A stretch of DNA of 64,000 nt from NCBI GenBank assembly GCA_041671305.1, contig JBAZBX010000002.1, positions 5,193-69,192 on the forward strand, read 5' to 3'. The notes under the pieces are model-generated. The model was given only the letters and a program-made list of their open reading frames with translations. It was not told where the DNA came from and did not search any database. Numbering within the stretch: the first letter of the stretch is position 1; every line of letters begins with the position of its first letter. Below are positions 29,780 through 39,847 of the stretch, one piece after another. This DNA comes from Patescibacteria group bacterium. GTDB lineage: Bacteria; Patescibacteriota; Patescibacteriia; 2-01-FULL-39-33. A program made the position numbers and the translations under genes.

Positions 29780-30697
29780 TCACTTAACCGTGGAAGTAGC
29801 CGTTGAATTTAATTTATCTATAAACATCTGTTTTAATTCGTCATCAGAAATGGAATCTAGCAGGGTCTTGGGCGCGCCGTTTTTGATCATTAATTCTTTG
29901 ATCTGAGCGCCAGTCAAATTTTTGAGATCATCTATTGAACTTATATTTAATCCTGAGGTATCCAGAGTTTTTGATCCGGTGGAAGTACTAACTGCCGTTG
30001 GAACAGAAACCCCATTGGAAGTTATCTGACTAGCCAAATCGGGATTTTCACTCAAAACTTCCTGATAACCATTCAAAATATCCTGATCAGTCATAGCATC
30101 TACCTCGGCCTGAGTTAATCCGCTCTGAACCAAAATTTTTCTAATATCGGAAATATTAATCTGCGGAGTTGACTGCGTAGGAGGACTAGCCTGAAAAGTG
30201 GGAACTGTTCCTGCCGAAGAAGTGGAGACGCTGGAGCCATTACCAAAGCAAGTTTTGCCTTCCGGACAATTCGGATCTGTGCCCTGTTTAACTTCCTGGC
30301 CATCATTTATGCCATCGCCATCGCTATCGGTCAAGTACGGACTGGTATTATAGACGTAGGATTCATCATAATCCGAAAGCCCATCACTGTCCGTATCCTG
30401 AGCTTTTAAGGCATTAATCGCCTCTTGTTGAGGATCAGTTTCAGTGGAAAGAGCAGAATTTCCCTTCACCAAAAAGCTAAACGGATTATTGATATTGCTG
30501 GCCAGTTGATAATACCCGAAAAACAAAGCAAAGACGCAAACAACCAAAATAACAACGGAATTTACCCTTTCCCTTTTTCTAATACTGTTTAAATTGTTTA
30601 TCTTATCATCCGAAATGTTACTTTTGCCATATGTATTTTGATTCCTGAGATTATTTGTGGCAAAATCATTTCTCTTGGATGGCCTGTCACCTTCCAT
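29780..30697 (-). CDS. Membrane-anchored protein with thrombospondin type-3-like Ca-binding repeats
   Basis: TM helix, then DTDSDGLSDYDE..NTSPYLTDSDGDGINDGQEV. Confidence 0.8.
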   Translation of the reverse strand: MEGDRPSKRNDFATNNLRNQNTYGKSNISDDKINNLNSIRKRERVNSVVILVVCVFALFFGYYQLASNINNPFSFLVKGNSALSTETDPQQEAINALKAQDTDSDGLSDYDESYVYNTSPYLTDSDGDGINDGQEVKQGTDPNCPEGKTCFGNGSSVSTSSAGTVPTFQASPPTQSTPQINISDIRKILVQSGLTQAEVDAMTDQDILNGYQEVLSENPDLASQITSNGVSVPTAVSTSTGSKTLDTSGLNISSIDDLKNLTGAQIKELMIKNGAPKTLLDSISDDELKQMFIDKLNSTATSTVK

Positions 30698-30791
30698 GGG
30701 CTGTGGATAAAAGTTTATTACTTAAATTATACCACAAAAAAATATTTTTTACTATTATATTATGACAGAAATAAGAATTAATTATCAATTC

Positions 30792-31634
30792 CTAATTTTT
30801 GGATTGCTCGCCATAATTTAAAATGTTTGCCAACCGTATCCAATTTTCCACACTAAGATCCTGCGCCCTTATCTTTTCGTCAAATCCACAAGTTTTTATG
30901 GCTTCCTTGGCTTCAACACTTGAAATTTTGAGTCCCACCGAAAGATTGTTGTGAAGCTGTTTGCGTCTGGAAGAAAACCCTATTTTGGCCATCCGAAAAA
31001 ATAACTTGCTATCAATTTTCGGTAATTTTTCTTTTAATTTTAGACGAATAACCGCAGAATCTACCTTGGGAGCGGGCCAAAAGCTATTTCTTTTCACTTG
31101 GAAAACAATTTCCGCCTCACTATAAAACTGCGCGGACAAAGAGAGCAAAGACATCTCGCCCGCTGGCGCCACAATACGCTCTGCCACCTCATATTGGACC
31201 ATAAGTATCATTTCTGACGGCTTAGGCTCCTGTTCCAAGAATAATCGTAAGAATTTAGAAGTAATATTATAAGGCAAATTCGCTACCACTTTGTAGCCAA
31301 AATTTTCCAGTCCGGCCTCGGATTTATTTAAACGCAAAATATCTTTTTCTATCAATTCAAATTTACTATCTTTTCCAAATTCAGCTTGCAAAAAATCGCA
31401 AGCATTCCTGTCCAATTCTATCGCGAGTAATTTACCAGATACTTTTAGCAGTTCCCCGGTCAAAACACCGACTCCGGGGCCAACTTCCATTACCGTGTCG
31501 CCTGAGTTAATGTTTGAGGCGATGATAATTTTACTGACCACATCCGTATCAATTAGAAAATTTTGCCCCTTGCTTTTGGAAGGGACGATTCCATATTTCG
31601 CGCAGATTGATTTTATTTGAGTTTCCGAAAGCAT
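30792..31634 (-). CDS. rsmA: 16S rRNA (adenine-N6)-dimethyltransferase
   Basis: GQNFL, EVGPGVGVLT, VVANLPYNIT, PAPKVDSAV and RRKQL. Confidence 0.96.
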   Translation of the reverse strand: MLSETQIKSICAKYGIVPSKSKGQNFLIDTDVVSKIIIASNINSGDTVMEVGPGVGVLTGELLKVSGKLLAIELDRNACDFLQAEFGKDSKFELIEKDILRLNKSEAGLENFGYKVVANLPYNITSKFLRLFLEQEPKPSEMILMVQYEVAERIVAPAGEMSLLSLSAQFYSEAEIVFQVKRNSFWPAPKVDSAVIRLKLKEKLPKIDSKLFFRMAKIGFSSRRKQLHNNLSVGLKISSVEAKEAIKTCGFDEKIRAQDLSVENWIRLANILNYGEQSKN

Positions 31635-31688
31635 AGCTTTATATATTTAACATAATTAATTTACAATACTTAAAAATTGAAAATTTAA

Positions 31689-32750
31689 TCATTGTTTGAA
31701 AATTGGAAATTGATGATTGAAAATTCTCCCCCTCCCCCACAACCAAAACTTAGCGCCATATACCAAGAACAGAATCAAGGTAAAAACATCAACAAAATAC
31801 AAAAATATACTATTCAGACGAAAGTTCAAAAAAACAGAAAAAATATTAAATACTATCAAATGATGAAAAATATATACAAACAAGGCACTTTGACCCAGTT
31901 TTTCCAGCCAAAAACTGGCTCTGCCCAACTTATTGGCGGAAAAATAACTGAAACTCAATATAAGCAGAATAGCGCCTACAATCCAAATGGAAGTAATAAT
32001 TCCGGGAATCCAGCAATGATTGAGCGCATAATCATTTTCAAAACTGATCAGAGGAACACGAAAAATAACTGAACGCGCCAAAACCAACACCAGAGCAGAA
32101 ACAACCAAGCCAAATCCCCAATTAAACACCTGAACAAAAAATGTTTTCAACTTATCTGGATCACTACTATAATCCACAAAATATTTTCCCAAAATCAAGC
32201 CGAAAAGAACTAAGCTGAAATACGGCCACAACGGAAATTCTTTGAAAAATATTTCTCCTATCCAAAAATGCCCGTTCAACCAAGCTGAAAATGGTTGGAA
32301 TAGCAACCAAAAACTTATTGGCAGAAGACATGCCAAGCCGATGAGATATTTAATCGCTCTCTTAAATTGTAATAAATACAAAATAGGCAGAGACACGATT
32401 ATACTAGCGCCAATCGCCTGGAGCACCTTACCTCCCCAGATATCGCCAAATCCGAAAACAATCAGACTAAACACATAACCAATTACCATGACACCAAAAC
32501 CTCTTATCAGATATTTAGAGACGATTTGCCAATTGGTTTTGGATTTTAAATTTTTTTGATAAGAAATGACCAGGCAAAAGCCAACCACAAATAGGAACAA
32601 CGGCGCGGCCAAAGTGACCGTGGAATAAATCATATGATAGCTGAAGAATGACAAACTCTTGTCCAGCCACCATCTGGCGGTATGGTTTAAAACCATAAAT
32701 AATATGGCCAATCCCCGCAGTATGTCTATAAATTTGTATCGTGAGGCCAT
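31689..32750 (-). CDS. DUF1624 / heparan-alpha-glucosaminide N-acetyltransferase-like membrane protein
   Basis: IDILRGLAILFMVLNH, AAPLFLF and LGQSALFVYIFH; about 10 TM helices. Confidence 0.8.
   Translation of the reverse strand: MASRYKFIDILRGLAILFMVLNHTARWWLDKSLSFFSYHMIYSTVTLAAPLFLFVVGFCLVISYQKNLKSKTNWQIVSKYLIRGFGVMVIGYVFSLIVFGFGDIWGGKVLQAIGASIIVSLPILYLLQFKRAIKYLIGLACLLPISFWLLFQPFSAWLNGHFWIGEIFFKEFPLWPYFSLVLFGLILGKYFVDYSSDPDKLKTFFVQVFNWGFGLVVSALVLVLARSVIFRVPLISFENDYALNHCWIPGIITSIWIVGAILLILSFSYFSANKLGRASFWLEKLGQSALFVYIFHHLIVFNIFSVFLNFRLNSIFLYFVDVFTLILFLVYGAKFWLWGRGRIFNHQFPIFKQ
31691..31725 (-). repeat. Heptad-periodic element (AATTTTC-AATxATC family) forming the 3' end of the DUF1624 gene
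   Basis: Reverse complement aattttcaatcatcaatttccaattttcaaacaat is 32/35 identical to 61004-61038. Confidence 0.75.
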
Positions 32751-32752
32751 AA

Positions 32753-33937
32753 TTATCTAAACAATAAATAAAGCAGGGACATCAGACCGGCAACAATAAA
32801 TATAGCTCCCCAAAAAGGCATAAATAACTGCACCAGAATTAAACATAAGATAATGGCAATAATTTTTCCAATTACGAGCGACATTTCAAAAAATGTTACT
32901 CCTTCCATGACTGAATTATCTTGGGCTCTTTCGTAGGTAGTGGCCGTAATCGGAATAGCAATGGCTTGTTTGGATAATCTGGAAGCTGTATCCAAAAGCA
33001 AAACGCCCCCAACCGAAGAGATTAACGCCCTAAGCATCCACACAAAACAATAAGCTATTTCTCCTAGTTTCAAAAGCGCGTCATGACCATTTTTGTCAGT
33101 TAACTTTCCAATATACAGATAAACTAGCAAGGTGATCAATGTTGCCAATCCCGTGATTACGCCCAGACTCAAAAAATCTTTAATTACTACAAACATAAAT
33201 ATAGGCCATACCACCAAAACTACAAATTCTTCTCCATAGCCCAAAAGAGGAAGAAATCTTCTAAAATTTTCACGCGCGAATAAACGCTTAAAAGCTCCCT
33301 TATAATCAAATGATCCCGGAACCAGATTTTCCTTGGTGACCAGCATGGGCACATTGGACAAAATCATAATTATGGCAGCGAAAATAAACAAAATTTTGAA
33401 ACCATAAAACTGCAAAATCATGCCTCCCACGACCGGGCCAGCCACATAAACCAAGGCCTCCAAAATGATGAGATTTCCGACTTCCCTTCCCTGCTCTCCA
33501 TCCACTGAAAATTTGGCGAAATCCGCATGATAAGCCGGCCAATAAAACATCTTCCAAAGTACATATAGGATTATGGCCACAAAAATTAAACCAATATATT
33601 TGGAAGCTCCAAAAAGACAGAGATAAAATAGAGCCGTGAAGACACAGCCCAAGGCGATGGAAATTTCATAACCAAATTTTTTAGCAAACTTCGCCCCCAA
33701 AGGTACGCAAAACAAATAAGCAATATAAACTGCCAGATAAAACAAAAGGATAAGAGAAACGGTCAGGCGCAAATCATATTTTTTGATAAACAAAGTAAAG
33801 AGGAATACCGGCTCAAAAATACTGACCATAGCAATGGCAAAATTCAAAATAATCGTAGCCGAATAAAGCTCCCTCACCTGCCTCCTCATACGGCAAGGCA
33901 AAAAAGAAACCACTAGTGATTTTATTTTATTATCCAT
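32753..33937 (-). CDS. MFS-type transporter
   Basis: About 12 hydrophobic helices with loop motifs GAKFAKKFG and GKLTDKNG. Confidence 0.8.
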   Translation of the reverse strand: MDNKIKSLVVSFLPCRMRRQVRELYSATIILNFAIAMVSIFEPVFLFTLFIKKYDLRLTVSLILLFYLAVYIAYLFCVPLGAKFAKKFGYEISIALGCVFTALFYLCLFGASKYIGLIFVAIILYVLWKMFYWPAYHADFAKFSVDGEQGREVGNLIILEALVYVAGPVVGGMILQFYGFKILFIFAAIIMILSNVPMLVTKENLVPGSFDYKGAFKRLFARENFRRFLPLLGYGEEFVVLVVWPIFMFVVIKDFLSLGVITGLATLITLLVYLYIGKLTDKNGHDALLKLGEIAYCFVWMLRALISSVGGVLLLDTASRLSKQAIAIPITATTYERAQDNSVMEGVTFFEMSLVIGKIIAIILCLILVQLFMPFWGAIFIVAGLMSLLYLLFR

Positions 33938-33941
33938 GATA

Positions 33942-34949
33942 TTATTTACGTCTCAAAATTTTCTTGATAATTCTATAATAAAGATAACCGAAAGCATCAA
34001 CAGAAATATTCCAAGCCCCAACATATTCTGTCAATTCGGTTTGCGGAGCAAAGCCTACCTTGAAGCGGGTTACTCCCGGCCACTTCGCCTCATTGGCTCC
34101 GCCAAAATCATAATGTTCACACCACCTGAATTTACCCATGGTAATTCCTTCCCACTGCAGAAGATACGGCACCATCTTGTCGCGATACTCGTGATCCGAA
34201 GCGCCGTGGAGATAAATACACCATTTGCCAAAGATGATCATAATATTAGCCGCCACGACTTTTTCTTCATATTTGGCTACTATTAATCGTAATATTCCCG
34301 CCTCGCCAAGAACTTTGACCATTTCCTGATAATATTTTTTTGAATGGGATTTAATATGATCACGTTTAGCCGTTTTCTGGGTTAATTTCCAAAAATCTTG
34401 AAAATAGCTGGCTCCTTCATCAATCTGTATGCAATGCTTCTGAGCCACTTTGATATTGTAACGGGTCTTGGATTTCATCTGTGCCATAATCTTTTCATCA
34501 TCCTGAGTCAAATCCATAACCAAACTACTCTTTGGTTGGACTTCTCCCGCAAAATCAAACCCTAAATTTTTCAAAATATTTCTAGTCTCCGGCGTATCCG
34601 GCCAGGGCGGATCCATTTTGACAAAAACCGCGCCATTTTTCTTGGCTAATTTTTTGGCTTCTCTAATTAATAATCTAAACTCCGGCGCATCAGCTTCCGT
34701 TATTCCCACCGGACCACGCGGAGCATAAAAATAGCATTTGCCCAATGGCAAGTCATATTTAATCAGTTGAATTACAGCTCTAAAAATTCCTTCATCACTG
34801 GTAAGCGCCAATCTCACGACGGGTCTACCCACGGTCGCTTGAAATTCTCCCCATTGCCAAGATTGCAAAAATCCCCCATCAGGGGCATTTTGCTTGACGA
34901 AATCATCCCAAATTTCACTCCAAGAATTGTCACAAATGATGAGTTTCAT
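33942..34949 (-). CDS. FemABX-family peptidoglycan bridge aminoacyltransferase
   Basis: FLQSWQWGEF, YAPRGP, KTRYNIK, YLHGAS, YDFGG and GVTRFKVGF. Confidence 0.93.
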   Translation of the reverse strand: MKLIICDNSWSEIWDDFVKQNAPDGGFLQSWQWGEFQATVGRPVVRLALTSDEGIFRAVIQLIKYDLPLGKCYFYAPRGPVGITEADAPEFRLLIREAKKLAKKNGAVFVKMDPPWPDTPETRNILKNLGFDFAGEVQPKSSLVMDLTQDDEKIMAQMKSKTRYNIKVAQKHCIQIDEGASYFQDFWKLTQKTAKRDHIKSHSKKYYQEMVKVLGEAGILRLIVAKYEEKVVAANIMIIFGKWCIYLHGASDHEYRDKMVPYLLQWEGITMGKFRWCEHYDFGGANEAKWPGVTRFKVGFAPQTELTEYVGAWNISVDAFGYLYYRIIKKILRRK

Positions 34950-35062
34950 AAATACCTCGTTAAAACGTTATTATATTGTGATTATATCAGAAAAATAAGG
35001 ATAAAAAAAGCGTCGCAGCTGCTGGATGGCCACGGCGACGGGAACTGAAAATTTGATTACGC

Positions 35063-35311
35063 TCAGGGCAAGACCTCCGCCTTGAAGTGAATGGACTTAC
35101 CACCATCGGGACGAATCGTTTCAAACGTCCTGATCCGAAACTTGATACCACCCTTGAATTCAATATCTTGAACCCCGATTTCTCTGGTTTGGGATTCCGA
35201 CTGAATCGCTTTGATGGTCGTGACCACAGGTTGTTGTCCATGTGAGCCATGACAACATCCCGCCACCAACAAAACCATCAACCCCGCCATGACCAATGAC
35301 ATAATACGCAT
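35063..35311 (-). CDS. Small hypothetical lipoprotein
   Basis: MRIMSLVMAGLMVLLVAGC (lipobox-like); AAAGGA SD, upstream promoter and downstream terminator. Confidence 0.6.
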   Translation of the reverse strand: MRIMSLVMAGLMVLLVAGCCHGSHGQQPVVTTIKAIQSESQTREIGVQDIEFKGGIKFRIRTFETIRPDGGKSIHFKAEVLP

Positions 35312-35361
35312 CGTCTTTTCCTTTCGATTGTGTTGTGGTTGATACCAAAAATCAAGAATGT

Positions 35362-35390
35362 AGCATATCAAAATATAATGTTTATGTCAA
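35362..35390 (-). promoter_or_regulatory. Sigma70-type promoter for the small lipoprotein gene
   Basis: TTGACA-17 bp-TATGCT on the minus strand. Confidence 0.5.
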
Positions 35391-35398
35391 GGAAGATT

Positions 35399-38300
35399 CT
35401 ATATCACAAAACTAATCAGCTTATTGGCGACAAAAATAGTTTTTTTGATTTCTGCGCCTTCAAGATATTTCTTCACATTATCATCTTCCTTGGCCAACTT
35501 TATGGCATCGGCTTCAGAGATGTCTACTGGCAATTTCAACTTGGCACGAACCTTGCCATTAATTTGGATAACTAACTCTATTTCCTCGTCTTTAATTTTA
35601 CTCTCATCATACTTCGGCCAAGCTTCTTTAAAAATACTTTCCTTGTGTCCTAACTTGTTCCACAGTTCCTCTGTCATATGCGGAGCAAACGGAGCAAGAA
35701 TTATTAAAAACTTTTCCACAAATTCTTTTGATACCACCTTTGATTCATTAATTAAAACCATCATGGCCGATATTGCCGTATTAAATCTCATATTTTCAAT
35801 ATCTTCGCCAACTTTTTTTATGGTTTTATGCAACAAAATTTCTAATTCTGGAGTTATTGTGCCGTCATTAGAAAAATTATTAACTAAATTCCAAACCTTT
35901 TCCAAAAATCGGCTTATTCCGATAATTCCTTTGGTATTCCAAGGTTTGGCGTCTTCCAAGGGACCCATAAACATTTCATACATTCTGAAAGCATCGGCAC
36001 CATTTTCCTTGACCTGATCATCAGGATTAATTACATTACCCTGAGACTTAGACATTTTCTCGCCGTTTTCAGCCAGAATCATGCCTTGATTGACCAACTT
36101 CGTAAACGGCTCTTCCTGCGGTACATAACCCAAATCATAGAGAACCATATTCCAAAATCTGCCATAGAGCAGATGAAGCACGGCATGCTCCGCACCGCCC
36201 ACATAGACATCAACCGGCATAAAGTATTTCAACTTTTCCAAGTCAGCAAAAACCTTGTCATTTTGAGGATCAATAAATCTCAGCCAATACCAAGATGAAC
36301 CCGCCCATTGAGGCATAGTGTTTGTCTCACGATGCGCTTCTCCTCCGCAAATCGGACATTTGGTCTTGACCCAATCTGTAATATTTACAAGTGGCGACTC
36401 ACCGGTGCCAGTCGGCTCATACTTGTCAACTTCTGGCAAAGTCAGCGGCAATTCATTTTCCGGTACGGGAATCCAGCCAGTGGTCTTGCAAGCCAAAACC
36501 TTTTTCAAAATTTCCGGCGCTTCAAAAACCGTGAAGTGCTTATGTCCATGCCATAATTCAAAATTCCAACCTTCCGGCAAATCCTTGTGCGTATCCGTAT
36601 GAATGTACGGATCATCATCAGAGAGAATAATATTTTTATTAATCGCTAATTGCGTCACTTTTTCCCAATCAATCGGTCTTCCTTCCCAGAATTCACGCAA
36701 AGATTTTACATCCGAACTGGGCGCGCCTTGTTCAAATAATTTCCATAGTTCATCGGACAGCTTGCCGATAGCCGAACCCACCAAAAATAAATGTCCAATT
36801 TTCTTTCCTGTTTTTTCAATTAGTCTCAGCGCCGCATTACTGCCCAGACTGTGGCCGATAATTATGTCATTTTCCCCCATTTTCTCCATATATGGTGTAA
36901 GCTCTTCCATCCACTTCTCAATTTTCGGACTGGCACTAGTAGTCATGGTCGGAGTAAACACTTCAAACCCGTTTTGTTCCAATTCTCTTTTCATCCAAGG
37001 AAACCAATTGCCATCTCCGGATCCTTCCCAGCCATGAATTATCAAAACTTTTTGTTTCTGTTTCTTGCAATTCTCGCAATAGACCAATGGAATCGGTTCA
37101 CCCCAATATCTTTGGCGAGAAAAAACCCAATCACGCAATTTATAATTCACCGCTTTATGACCGCATTTATTTTCTTCCAGCCAGGACGTCATTTTACCAA
37201 TCGCCTCACTTGGTCTCAAATCGTTGAGAAACTCCGAGTTGATCATTACTCCCGAATCAATATCTACAAAAGCTTTTTCACCATTTTGGAATATATCCCA
37301 GTACCACTTATGGTTTGGCAAATTTATAAAAGATTTCACTTCCGAAGAAGAAATCCAGTCGCCTTGATGATGTTCTGTATCTATTTTATCTGATCGCTTT
37401 TCATTTTTTAATTCCACCAAAAAACACAGAGAGTCTGCATATCTATTTACGCCCTTATGCTCTGCATAATGATTATTATGAATTTCGCCACCTATCTGTT
37501 TGATGGATTTTACATTTTGATATCCCGTTTCCTCCGTCATCTCCCTGACTGCTGCCTGCTCAGGAGTTTCATTAGCTTCTACCCCTCCCATTACGAATGA
37601 TTTCCAATCATGTTTCCCCCAATCAAGGCAATAGTATGAGTCATCAGCCCAGTGCTTGACCAAAACACACACCATTTTTCTCCTTATGGTTTCTTTGTCT
37701 AATTTAATTTTGTCTTTTTCCGTAACCGCAGTAAACAAAGGAGCCACCACTTGGATTATTGGCAAATCAAATTTATTAGCGAATTCCCAGTCTCTCTCAT
37801 CGTGGTATGGCACGGCCATGATTGCTCCAGTGCCATAAGAAGCCAGCACGTAATCAGAAATCCAAACCGGAATTTCTGTGCCGTTAACCGGATTAATGGC
37901 ACTAATTCCTTTCAATTCCACACCAGTCTTATCCTTGGCCAAATCAGTCCTTTCCAAATCAGTTTTATTTTTGGCTTGAGCAATATATTTTTCAACTTCC
38001 TTGATATTTTTAATTTTACCTTTCAACTCCTCAATCAGTTTATGCTCAGGAGAAATGACCATGTAAGTCGCTCCGAACAAAGTATCCGGGCGAGTTGTAT
38101 AAACACGAATTGTCATCCCGAGGAAGTCAGACCCAACTGACAACCGTGAGGATCCCGCGGGATTGCCACGCTTCGCCCTTGAAGGCTCGCTCGCAATGAC
38201 AGCAAAATCCACCTCCGCTCCTTCGCTCCGACCAATCCAATTCCTTTGTAAAGCTTTGATGGATTCCGTCCAATCCAAATTATCCAAACCACTAAGCAAC

Positions 38301-38908
38301 CTATCCGCATAAGCCGTGATGCGAAGCATCCATTGTCGCATATCCTTTTTAATCACTTCCGTACCGCAACGATCGCACTTGCCATCTTTGACCTCTTCAT
38401 TGGCTAATCCCGTTTTGCACGATGGACAAAAATTTATCGGCACTGTGGCTTCATAGGCCAAGCCTTTTTTGAATAATTGCAAAAAAATCCATTGCGTCCA
38501 TTTGTAATAATTAGGATCAGTAGTATTTATTTCCCTATTCCAATCATAGGAAAATCCCAAAGACATAATCTGTCTTTTGAAAGTTTTAATATTCTGTTCA
38601 GTTATAACTTTCGGTTGTGTTCCGGTTTTAATCGCATAATTTTCTGCCGGAAGTCCAAAGGCGTCCCAGCCCATGGGATGCAAAACATTAAATCCTTTCA
38701 AGCGAAAATACCTGGAATAAATATCCGTGGCCGTATATCCTTCGGGATGCCCGACATGAAGACCAGCCGCTGACGGATAAGGAAACATATCCAAAACATA
38801 CTTTTTGGGCTTACTGCCAAAGTCTTCAGCGCGGTTAATCTGACTCTTTTCCCATTGATCCTGCCATTTACCCTCACCATTATCTTTTAAAAAATCTTTA
38901 TATGTCAT
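35399..38908 (-). CDS. leuS: Leucine--tRNA ligase with inserted NUDIX and alpha/beta-hydrolase domains
   Basis: [47 protein letters not shown] and KMSKS. It also contains a NUDIX box [23 protein letters not shown] and a GHSLG hydrolase motif. Confidence 0.97.
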   Translation of the reverse strand: MTYKDFLKDNGEGKWQDQWEKSQINRAEDFGSKPKKYVLDMFPYPSAAGLHVGHPEGYTATDIYSRYFRLKGFNVLHPMGWDAFGLPAENYAIKTGTQPKVITEQNIKTFKRQIMSLGFSYDWNREINTTDPNYYKWTQWIFLQLFKKGLAYEATVPINFCPSCKTGLANEEVKDGKCDRCGTEVIKKDMRQWMLRITAYADRLLSGLDNLDWTESIKALQRNWIGRSEGAEVDFAVIASEPSRAKRGNPAGSSRLSVGSDFLGMTIRVYTTRPDTLFGATYMVISPEHKLIEELKGKIKNIKEVEKYIAQAKNKTDLERTDLAKDKTGVELKGISAINPVNGTEIPVWISDYVLASYGTGAIMAVPYHDERDWEFANKFDLPIIQVVAPLFTAVTEKDKIKLDKETIRRKMVCVLVKHWADDSYYCLDWGKHDWKSFVMGGVEANETPEQAAVREMTEETGYQNVKSIKQIGGEIHNNHYAEHKGVNRYADSLCFLVELKNEKRSDKIDTEHHQGDWISSSEVKSFINLPNHKWYWDIFQNGEKAFVDIDSGVMINSEFLNDLRPSEAIGKMTSWLEENKCGHKAVNYKLRDWVFSRQRYWGEPIPLVYCENCKKQKQKVLIIHGWEGSGDGNWFPWMKRELEQNGFEVFTPTMTTSASPKIEKWMEELTPYMEKMGENDIIIGHSLGSNAALRLIEKTGKKIGHLFLVGSAIGKLSDELWKLFEQGAPSSDVKSLREFWEGRPIDWEKVTQLAINKNIILSDDDPYIHTDTHKDLPEGWNFELWHGHKHFTVFEAPEILKKVLACKTTGWIPVPENELPLTLPEVDKYEPTGTGESPLVNITDWVKTKCPICGGEAHRETNTMPQWAGSSWYWLRFIDPQNDKVFADLEKLKYFMPVDVYVGGAEHAVLHLLYGRFWNMVLYDLGYVPQEEPFTKLVNQGMILAENGEKMSKSQGNVINPDDQVKENGADAFRMYEMFMGPLEDAKPWNTKGIIGISRFLEKVWNLVNNFSNDGTITPELEILLHKTIKKVGEDIENMRFNTAISAMMVLINESKVVSKEFVEKFLIILAPFAPHMTEELWNKLGHKESIFKEAWPKYDESKIKDEEIELVIQINGKVRAKLKLPVDISEADAIKLAKEDDNVKKYLEGAEIKKTIFVANKLISFVI
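38111..38201. repeat. Palindromic element inserted in-frame in leuS
   Basis: Termini tgtcatcccgag / ctcgcaatgaca, like the tgtcattcc..ggaatgaca element at 3761-3901. It encodes [30 protein letters not shown]. Confidence 0.8.
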
Positions 38909-38936
38909 ATTTATTAATCTTATTTATTTCTCGTCT

Positions 38937-38970
38937 CGCCCGCATCGCTACGCGAAGCGTTGCGGGCAGG
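38937..38970. repeat. Short palindromic element upstream of leuS, same family as the ychF in-frame insert
   Basis: Reverse complement cctgcccgcaacgcttcgcgtagcgatgcgggcg is 29/34 identical to 61734-61767. Confidence 0.85.
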
Positions 38971-39183
38971 CCACTTCTTTTCTCCTCCATTTTGGAGAAA
39001 TTCTTTATAGGTTGCCATATAGAATAGTTCTTTTTTAATGTTGTTAATTTACCATATATCCCTTATTTATTCAACTTAGCCGACAAAACTTATCATTTTT
39101 TAATTATATCAATCTCCCATTTCTCCGCTGTTTTAATTAGCTTATTTTATTTATAATTTCATAAACCAGAAAACGGCCAAAGG

Positions 39184-39211
39184 TTGACAAATAACCTAAA
39201 AAGGCTACAAT
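39184..39211 (+). promoter_or_regulatory. Sigma70-type promoter for 39255..39764
   Basis: TTGACA-16 bp-TACAAT, with an AAGGAG SD before the ATG. Confidence 0.5.
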
Positions 39212-39254
39212 ATCTCTCAGTACAAACCGTGGCTCAACCAGAAGGAGAAACACC

Positions 39255-39764
39255 ATGAGACTCTTGAATCGCATGCCCATAATGTTGGCGGTAATTGTGA
39301 TAGCTGGCATAGTGCTGATCGTCGTGCCACCACCTTTACTGATTTTTGCTTTGGTGTGGGTGGCGATTTCCGGCTTGGCAATCCTGTTCAAGGAAATCAA
39401 GTTGGCCATCGCTGAATTACTGCTTGATCAAGAGAAGCGTCTACTCTTGATGGCTCTCTACGAATTGGCCTATTACAGCCGACCAAGTAAAGGCGGGGAA
39501 GGCGAACACGACGAACACTACAAGTACTATCCCGATGATCTGTATTGGAAAAAAGCCTCTTCTCACTCCGATTGCTACTCAGCAATCAACGAATCAATGA
39601 TGGGTACTCCCAACGACATCTACCAGGGAGTCATAACCGCCTTAACGGTAGAAGGCCTGCATCCCTATGATGCAAACAAGTTAGTCAAGCGGCTTATTGA
39701 TAAATGCTTGGCTGAAAAAGTCCCACGGTGGCGCATCAATCTGGTGGCTAAACCTGTTGAATAA
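39255..39764 (+). CDS. Hypothetical membrane protein (2 N-terminal TM)
   Basis: 169-aa ORF with strong SD, promoter and downstream hairpin. Confidence 0.7.
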   Translation: MRLLNRMPIMLAVIVIAGIVLIVVPPPLLIFALVWVAISGLAILFKEIKLAIAELLLDQEKRLLLMALYELAYYSRPSKGGEGEHDEHYKYYPDDLYWKKASSHSDCYSAINESMMGTPNDIYQGVITALTVEGLHPYDANKLVKRLIDKCLAEKVPRWRINLVAKPVE

Positions 39765-39847
39765 AAACGCCACCACGATGTGTTGATCCAGCGAACCCAA
39801 AACAATAAGCGCGACCCTGGAGGAATCGCGCTTTTCAATTTGCATTT

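Noticed and set aside
11159-30697. Integrative conjugative element or prophage
   Set aside because: No integrase, relaxase, coupling protein or phage structural genes; composition matches the flanking housekeeping genes.
36490-37735. Inteins or introns in leuS
   Set aside because: The inserts lack intein splice motifs (C-terminal His-Asn) and homing-endonuclease motifs. They carry NUDIX and serine-hydrolase signatures and keep the frame.
38909-39180. T-box riboswitch upstream of leuS (also checked for trpS)
   Set aside because: No T-box consensus (AAxxxGGGTGGxACCGCG) is present. The GC-rich patch is the dispersed palindrome also found in ychF.
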